From an archaeon (GTDB lineage: Archaea; Asgardarchaeota; Thorarchaeia; Thorarchaeales; Thorarchaeaceae): 32,000 nt of DNA. The stretch spans positions 30,295 through 62,294 of the forward strand of contig JAJRZD010000005.1 of assembly GCA_024275415.1 (NCBI GenBank), in the 5' to 3' direction. Positions within the stretch are counted from its first letter, which is position 1, and each line of letters starts with the position of its first letter. A program made the position numbers and the translations under genes. This document shows positions 27,018-32,000 of the stretch, one piece after another. The notes under the pieces were generated by a model. The model was given only the letters and a program-made list of their open reading frames with translations, did no database searches and was not told the DNA's origin.

Positions 27018-27050
27018 GGTGGCGCTTACGCCACCCTCCCCTTCTTTTTT
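27018..27050 (+). terminator. Hairpin plus T-tract terminator after hppA
   Basis: GGTGGCG-CTTA-CGCCACC is a perfect 7-bp stem starting 9 nt after the stop, followed by CTCCCCTTCTTTTTT. Confidence 0.7.
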
Positions 27051-27204
27051 GAATTGAAATTGCATAGACAAAGGATTAATTAGGCTAATTGTTATAATGC
27101 CATTTTGATAATTGCTGGATTGCTTTGAGAAGGAGAATTTGTTGAGCCCGTTTCGGAGGAAATGGTTGCCGAGGTATTCGCTTTTTTTTCTCATTGTACT
27201 AGGC

Positions 27205-27233
27205 AAAAAAAGAGGAGCTTTGTAGCTCCTCTT
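27205..27233 (-). terminator. Hairpin plus T-tract terminator on the minus strand
   Basis: AAGAGGAGCT-TTGT-AGCTCCTCTT is a perfect 10-bp stem (27210-27233) with an A-run on its left, which reads as a T-run 3' of the hairpin on the minus strand. Confidence 0.65.
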
Positions 27234-27289
27234 CTAGTAAATCGCTGGTTCCGCACTAGAAACTCAAATTCTTACCGTTTATTGCAAGT

Positions 27290-27450
27290 TGTACAATCTA
27301 GGACATCAGAGTGCTGCACACCCCGACAACGGCACTGGGGACGACTCCGTGAGATCCTACGTATGTCATGGATGACCTCATCGAGTGTGTCTTGTTGGAA
27401 CTATATACACACCTACAACAATATGTCTAGGATCGTCTAGGTTTTGTACA
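27290..27450. ncRNA. Candidate structured non-coding RNA (unassigned)
   Basis: Hand fold gives nested stems 27290-27301/27437-27450, 27310-27316/27330-27336 and 27353-27359/27428-27434, plus crossing helices 27385-27390/27407-27412 and 27392-27397/27416-27421. No convincing ORF. No known family recognised. Confidence 0.3.
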
Positions 27451-27488
27451 GCTGTTGGCAACCCACTATAACCATCTTTCATTAATGC

Positions 27489-28268
27489 TTACTCTGGCAA
27501 ATCTCTGTTTGTGGGGATGGCGAGAATAATACTGAATCCTGCTCCGGCGATTGCAATTGTTTCAATGATTAGCACACTTACTGAATCCGTGAACCGTTGG
27601 TCAGCATGTCTGAACCGGAGGGTGACTTCGAAGAAGTTATTGAATAGGATAGTATGATTCTGTTCAGTAGAAACCGAGCCGCGGTCTGAAAGGTACTCCA
27701 AAGAAACCGCCCACATAGCTATCTCACATTTTATGAAGACGGATGTTCCATTGAACCCGGTGACATTTTCCATCGTCAGGAGATCCTCCTCTGCTGAACT
27801 CATTATGACATGTTCGCCAATCAATGCTTCTGCAAGGGGAGTGGAAAATCTCCATGTGAAGAATTGGTTTCCCATGGTAACCTCATATCCCGTGCGTAGA
27901 TACAGGTTCTGCGATAGCTTCTCTGGGATTTCGAAGTGGCGAGCAATCTTCAGCTCAATAGAGTCAAGGCTCTCATTCAACTCCACCCAAGCACCCTGTG
28001 AGAAAGTGGGCATTGTGATATTATACAACCCAGGAGACACCTCTTCAAGAGCACTCTGATGGAATGTATAAGGAGTCCCATTGACGATGCTGAAACTGGC
28101 AGTACTCCATATCACTCTTTTTTCTCGTATCTCGTATGATGTGTCGGACACCGAAAGTGAAAATGCGACCTGCACCCCCGCAATCAATAACAAGGCTACT
28201 ATCACTATTGTCATCTGTACCATTTTAGGACTCAGAAATTGACGGCGCACTTCATATCCTCCATGCAA
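27489..28268 (-). CDS. Hypothetical exported/membrane-anchored protein
   Basis: N-terminal hydrophobic segment (MTIVIVALLLIAGVQVAFSLS), beta-rich middle, and a C-terminal TM (VSVLIIETIAIAGAGFSIILAIP). The start may be Met16 or Met19. Confidence 0.75.
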   Translation of the reverse strand: MHGGYEVRRQFLSPKMVQMTIVIVALLLIAGVQVAFSLSVSDTSYEIREKRVIWSTASFSIVNGTPYTFHQSALEEVSPGLYNITMPTFSQGAWVELNESLDSIELKIARHFEIPEKLSQNLYLRTGYEVTMGNQFFTWRFSTPLAEALIGEHVIMSSAEEDLLTMENVTGFNGTSVFIKCEIAMWAVSLEYLSDRGSVSTEQNHTILFNNFFEVTLRFRHADQRFTDSVSVLIIETIAIAGAGFSIILAIPTNRDLPE

Positions 28269-28440
28269 CCTTTATGTTTGAGAAAATTAAAACCTATGTC
28301 TGCACGCTGCAGTTTCTTGCATCGCGTGGAACGGAATCAGATGTAGATATCTCAGAGTTTGAATATGGGCCAGTGAATGGATATCTCGTCTTTAACTCAG
28401 GAATTGAGATATCACAAAATATTATTCGATTCAGCTGTAA

Positions 28441-28542
28441 ATGACATGTATGAAATGCCCCTTTTTCAAGTCAAATTGTTTAGAAAAAGAGTGTGCTCTT
28501 TGGATCGTCAAAGATGATTTGGTACATTGTACTATTTGGTAG
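28441..28542 (+). CDS. Putative 33-aa Cys-rich (zinc-binding) microprotein, below the ORF-track cutoff
   Basis: Manual translation MTCMKCPFFKSNCLEKECALWIVKDDLVHCTIW*, with a CPF-x4-C-x4-CALW-x8-C pattern and an AT-rich AAATATTA about 20-25 nt upstream. Confidence 0.45.
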   Translation: MTCMKCPFFKSNCLEKECALWIVKDDLVHCTIW

Positions 28543-29125
28543 AAAGGCAAGAGCAAAGCGTATTGCAGGTGATGGCATATGCGCAATAAAATTCGGCGCG
28601 ATAATCTATGGATAATATCACTCTGAGATATGCTCGGGCAATGCCAGATTCTATTTGATAGTTCCACTGTTCATTGTAAGTTGTACAAACTTGTACACCA
28701 GAGTGTACAAGAGTCCAGTTTCTACGCAGCTGTATGACACCCATATCACAGATGCCTGTGACTACCAGCGAAACATCTGAGGTAGGGCCCGTTCCGGCAG
28801 AAAGAGTTGTAGGTATTCGCGTGGTTAGGAGGGGAGATTTAGCCACCCCCTTAGAGAAGGGAGTGTTTTCGTATCCGAAACGGAACCCTGTGTTTTACTT
28901 GAATCAGGGTATTATAATACTTCTCTTTGATGCAGAAATGAACTGATAGACAGTCATCTCATTGTTTAGAGAATCATTTCGGAAAATCGACCTGATTCTC
29001 TTCCTGTCGAAAGGTCTTGAAATCAAAGAACAGATCCAGATGCATCGATTCTGTGTGGTAAGTCGTTTGTAATGATATTAAAGAGAGTATCCACTAGTTA
29101 AAGGGAGAAATGCCGAATTGGCACT

Positions 29126-29485
29126 CTAATATCCCCATTCTTGTCCTAACCGCTGGCGATACCAGCGTTGTCCCTTCTTAGTCAAAGAGTATTTGCCCAT
29201 GATTTCTTGAAGAAGACCCATATTCATCATATTTTGAACCACCGTGAACAGTGATGCGTCAGAGGCGCCAGTTGATTTCTTTAGGCTCTGGAAATCCATC
29301 TTACCTTCACGCTTCAGAACCTGGGCCACATCAAATTTCCCTGTAGATCTTGTTTCTTCCCTGATGATGATATGACCGCAATTTGTGCAGATCATATCGC
29401 CTTTGTGGTCGTCACGGGCAACTTCCTTCGCTCCGCAGATTGGACAGGTTGTCTTTGAGAATCTAAGTGAACGTCGGTGTGACAT
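29126..29485 (-). CDS. TFIIB-type zinc ribbon fused to a winged-helix domain (no cyclin repeats)
   Basis: CPICGAKEVARDDHKGDMICTNCGHII fits the TFIIB ribbon pattern CPxCG-x4-D-x2-GDxICxxCG. It is followed by the wHTH VAQVLKREGKMDFQSLKKSTGAS...MGLLQE..GKYSLTKKG. Confidence 0.8.
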   Translation of the reverse strand: MSHRRSLRFSKTTCPICGAKEVARDDHKGDMICTNCGHIIIREETRSTGKFDVAQVLKREGKMDFQSLKKSTGASDASLFTVVQNMMNMGLLQEIMGKYSLTKKGQRWYRQRLGQEWGY

Positions 29486-29550
29486 AATTAACGACCTACT
29501 GCGAGTCGCGATTTGTCCTTGATAAAACTAACGAAGTGACGGAATGATAC

Positions 29551-30066
29551 TCAGCTGTCCGGTTCTGTTTCTGCTAGCCTCCTGAAGAAAGTTTCGTAGT
29601 CTATCTCGAACGCAACACGATTCCCGGGTCGTGCTTTTCCTCCTCTGCTGTCAAGTTCGATGTAACCCATGTCGCTCAATTCTCTGAGGTCTGTGAGGAC
29701 ACTCCTTCTGGCTTTTCTCCTGAACTGCCGGATACGGTCGATGCTCACCCAATCGCCTTCTTGGTATGCAAGTGTGATAACGACAAGCAATGTTGCTGCC
29801 AACCTGTCTGGCAACGGTGAGTCTTTCAAGATGAGATCACTGCTTGTGTCAGTGTCCAAGTAAAACACATGGCTTACCGGATTGTGCCGGATCACGAGTC
29901 CTACAGGAGCGATTCTGCGATGCAGCTCTGACAACCTCTGAAAGAGGACATGCCTGCCTGCATCTTCTGGTAACCCTAACGCATCAAGCATATCATCTAC
30001 TCCAGCACCTATCGGATTGCCGGTTCGTGTAAGCAACCTCATGAGGACAGAATACTCGTTCATCAC
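29551..30066 (-). CDS. Kite-family (ScpB/Nse1/Nse3-type) tandem winged-helix subunit of the SMC complex
   Basis: Two wHTH-like halves, located directly downstream of smc and scpA. LPDRLAATLLVVITLAY and VLTDLRELSDMGYIE...GNRVAFE resemble kite proteins. Confidence 0.7.
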   Translation of the reverse strand: MMNEYSVLMRLLTRTGNPIGAGVDDMLDALGLPEDAGRHVLFQRLSELHRRIAPVGLVIRHNPVSHVFYLDTDTSSDLILKDSPLPDRLAATLLVVITLAYQEGDWVSIDRIRQFRRKARRSVLTDLRELSDMGYIELDSRGGKARPGNRVAFEIDYETFFRRLAETEPDS

Positions 30067-30081
30067 GTATCTCTCTCTTCT

Positions 30082-30723
30082 TTATCTGCGCAGTATCTCA
30101 TTCTCATCCCTAAAGTATTCCACATCACCTCTGGAGATGAGCACTACGATGTATAGGAAGTGTCTGAGGAAAAGGTCGAAATCCTTTGCGTCTATAATGT
30201 CAGCAATCGGTATACGTTTCTTTCTTGGGATTTTCTTCAGGTAGCGCCGCAGGTCTTCAAGGAACACAGAGTCCTCTGAAACGAACTTGAAGTCATCAGG
30301 AAGTCCGCTCAACTCTGGTATCTTTTCTTCCGTGGCCACCCTTGAGAGTGCATCTAAATGCTGCATCACTCGACTGAGTGACTCTGTAAGTGAGCTGTGA
30401 CTCAGACGGGTCATCTTCAGAGGTTGCTTGTATGCTATCAACTTGCTGACCTGACGAGGTTTGAGTTCCTTCAACCGGCTCACGTAAATCTCTGGTGCTG
30501 ATAGGATCCTTGCCAATTCCTGCACGCGGCTAATTTTAACACCGAGAAGGTCGTTCAGCATCTCGTCAATATCGAGTTTCGGTTTGACATCAGCAGCCAA
30601 CGCTCGTAGGTCATGATATGCCTCTGAGAGTCCGATGTCAAGAGGATCCATCTCTCCCTTTTCAACTGCACGAACGACCTTTTGTATCTTTGAGAGGAGT
30701 TCTTTGGAACCTGCCATCATCAT
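30082..30723 (-). CDS. scpA: Kleisin (ScpA-like) subunit
   Basis: N-terminal VEKGEMDPLDIGL resembles the ScpA xxxGEIDPWDI motif, and C-terminal FLRHFLYIVVLISRGDVE is the kleisin wHTH cap-binding helix. It starts 5 bp after the smc stop. Confidence 0.8.
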   Translation of the reverse strand: MMMAGSKELLSKIQKVVRAVEKGEMDPLDIGLSEAYHDLRALAADVKPKLDIDEMLNDLLGVKISRVQELARILSAPEIYVSRLKELKPRQVSKLIAYKQPLKMTRLSHSSLTESLSRVMQHLDALSRVATEEKIPELSGLPDDFKFVSEDSVFLEDLRRYLKKIPRKKRIPIADIIDAKDFDLFLRHFLYIVVLISRGDVEYFRDENEILRR

Positions 30724-30728
30724 ACCTT

Positions 30729-32000
30729 CTATTGTCCTTCAAACACAGGGCTCTCGACCACCACTGACGGTTCTGTTCCGCCAGGTGATACCACACCCAA
30801 CCGCTTGTCAGCATGTCTGAGCAGATGCGTACTTTTCGCTGGAGTAAATAGGATGAACTGGCTCCGTCGAGACGCATCATGAAGTAAGCGGCTCACCATC
30901 TCTGTATTCGTAGCGTCCAAGAATGTATCAATCTCGTCCATTGCATATACCGGCGCGGGATTGAATCTCTGTAGCGCCAAGATGAGCCCGATGGCGATGA
31001 GTGAGCGTTCGCCACCAGAGCCAGAGCTGAGATTCCTGAACTCTTCCCCTCTTATCTTAGTCTTGAAGTCAACTCCATAGTCTTTGCTGGCCATATCTAA
31101 TTGAAACTTCACCTTGCCTGAGAACTTGACCGAACTCAGGATTCTGTTTTCCTCCTCCTCTACCTTGAGCAGCACCTCATTCATACCGTTACGGTACTGT
31201 ATTTTTATTTCTTTGACAGTCGTTTCTGCTTATTTCAGCTCCTGCCTGATATCTTCGAGTTTTTCATCAAGCTCTGAGAGCCGGTCGCGGAGTTGGCTTT
31301 CAGTATGAGCAATAGTTTCAGTGACATCCCTGTATTCGTCCAATTGGTGTCGTACTCGTAGCAGCTCTTCTCTGACGACTTCTATAGGTCTTACCCTCTT
31401 TGGTCGCTTGGTCTTCTTCAGCTGCTCCTCGATTACTGCCTTCTGGTGAACGAACGCATCGTGCTGCCGTTTTGCCTGCACCACTTGGATCCTGCTGTTC
31501 TTGACCTGAAGATTAAGTTCTAGCAGACGACCACTAAGTTCTCGTATCATCTCACGGATATCAGCTTGCTGTCCTACAAGTTCAGTATATTTGCTGTTGG
31601 TTTTTTCAAGTCCTTCTTTCAAGGTTTCTAACGTTTCTACGATTGTCGTGCCTTCAGTCCTCACAGAGGATATCTCTTCCCGAAGGTCTGTGACTCTTTC
31701 TGAAAGTATTGTAATGCTCTCTCCAAGACTGCTCACCTCAGCCCGTTTTGCAGCTTGATCCCTCTCGGCAGTTTGCAGGTTGCTCTCGACCTCAGCAAGC
31801 TGTTCCCTCAGTTTCCTGTACCTCATACGTATTGCTGATTGCTCTGCGACGAGCCTGCTTCGTTCAGGAGGTTGTGAGGCATCTAGTTTCTTCAACTCCC
31901 TTTCAGCCCTGGCTATTTTAGACTGGAATTCCTTTATCTCATCATCGAGCGCAACGATGCGCTCCTGTTGCTCAGGTATCATATCTCGAAGTTTCTTTCG
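30729..32000 (-). CDS. smc: SMC-family ATPase (Smc5/6-like head), 5'-partial, interrupted by one in-frame TAA at 31230-31232
   Basis: ORFs 31230..31982 and 30729..31184 are in the same frame, joined as ...DIRQELK*AETTVKEIKIQYRNG-MNEV.... Long coiled coil, signature SGGERS, Walker B AMDEID, and SQFILFTP. The frame is open to the window edge. Confidence 0.88.

Noticed and set aside
27310-27340. Additional pseudoknots from loop CCCC pairing with the adjacent GGGG (and the analogous 28821-28851 case)
   Set aside because: A zero-nucleotide linker after the stem makes simultaneous pairing sterically implausible; at most these are alternative folds.
28768-28785. Hammerhead ribozyme (GAAAC and CTGAGG nearby)
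   Set aside because: GAAAC and CTGA are only 2 nt apart, leaving no room for stems I and III, and the CUGANGA core is not matched.
28661-28804. Replication origin (ORB-like GTTCCACTG and GTTCCGGCAGAAAG)
   Set aside because: Only partial matches, with no G-string, no repeated ORB array and no cdc6/orc1 gene in the window.
28532-28846. 104-aa minus-strand ORF and the overlapping 28431..28667 and 28734..28946 ORFs as real genes
   Set aside because: No RBS, no recognisable motif and atypical composition; they overlap the better-supported microprotein and structured segment.
31230-31232. Selenocysteine or pyrrolysine recoding of the SMC internal stop
   Set aside because: The codon is TAA, not TGA or TAG.
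358-31308. Numerous 60-220-aa antisense or alternate-frame ORFs in the track (e.g. 8235..8894, 22239..22772, 26469..27005, 4459..4899, 14827..15246)
   Set aside because: They lie wholly within well-supported genes and lack motifs or RBSs; they are shadow ORFs expected from codon bias, and are especially frequent in the high-GC block.
29551-32000. Wadjet (JetABCD) or MukBEF anti-plasmid system
   Set aside because: No Toprim/JetD nuclease gene is visible downstream, the gene order is smc-kleisin-kite, and the head motifs fit Smc5/6 or Smc rather than MukB/JetC. Genes beyond the right edge are unseen.
1-32000. CRISPR array, IS/transposase, integrase, rRNA
   Set aside because: No regularly spaced repeats, terminal inverted repeats with a transposase, recombinase motifs or rRNA signatures were found on reading either strand.

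Overview
Gene-dense archaeal chromosomal window, most likely from an Asgard archaeon (Thorarchaeia-like). That assignment is an inference from two longin-domain proteins, ZPR1, DUF2070, DUF2299 and archaeal GGAGG/GGTGA ribosome-binding sites. Housekeeping content: nitrilase-family hydrolase, 2-oxoacid:ferredoxin oxidoreductase delta/alpha/beta, UbiX, a PadR regulator with a heterodimeric ABC exporter, ZPR1, tRNA-Ala(TGC) and a K+-independent H+-pyrophosphatase. The strongest lead is at the right edge: an SMC gene whose C-terminal head looks Smc5/6-like, followed by a kleisin, an Nse1-like kite protein without a RING, and a TFIIB-type Zn-ribbon/winged-helix protein. The SMC frame carries one in-frame TAA. 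Other leads: a ~1770-aa surface receptor (Ig-like repeats, TM, longin, wHTH) whose ectodomain is a high-GC block; an NPRL2-like longin-wHTH protein; a protein with eight C3H Zn-ribbon repeats plus an adaptin-appendage-like module; an HD-fold protein with its catalytic residues replaced; two hand-folded structured non-coding candidates; and an unannotated Cys-rich microprotein. No CRISPR array, transposase, integrase or rRNA was seen. All family calls come from motif recognition by eye, and no database search was run.
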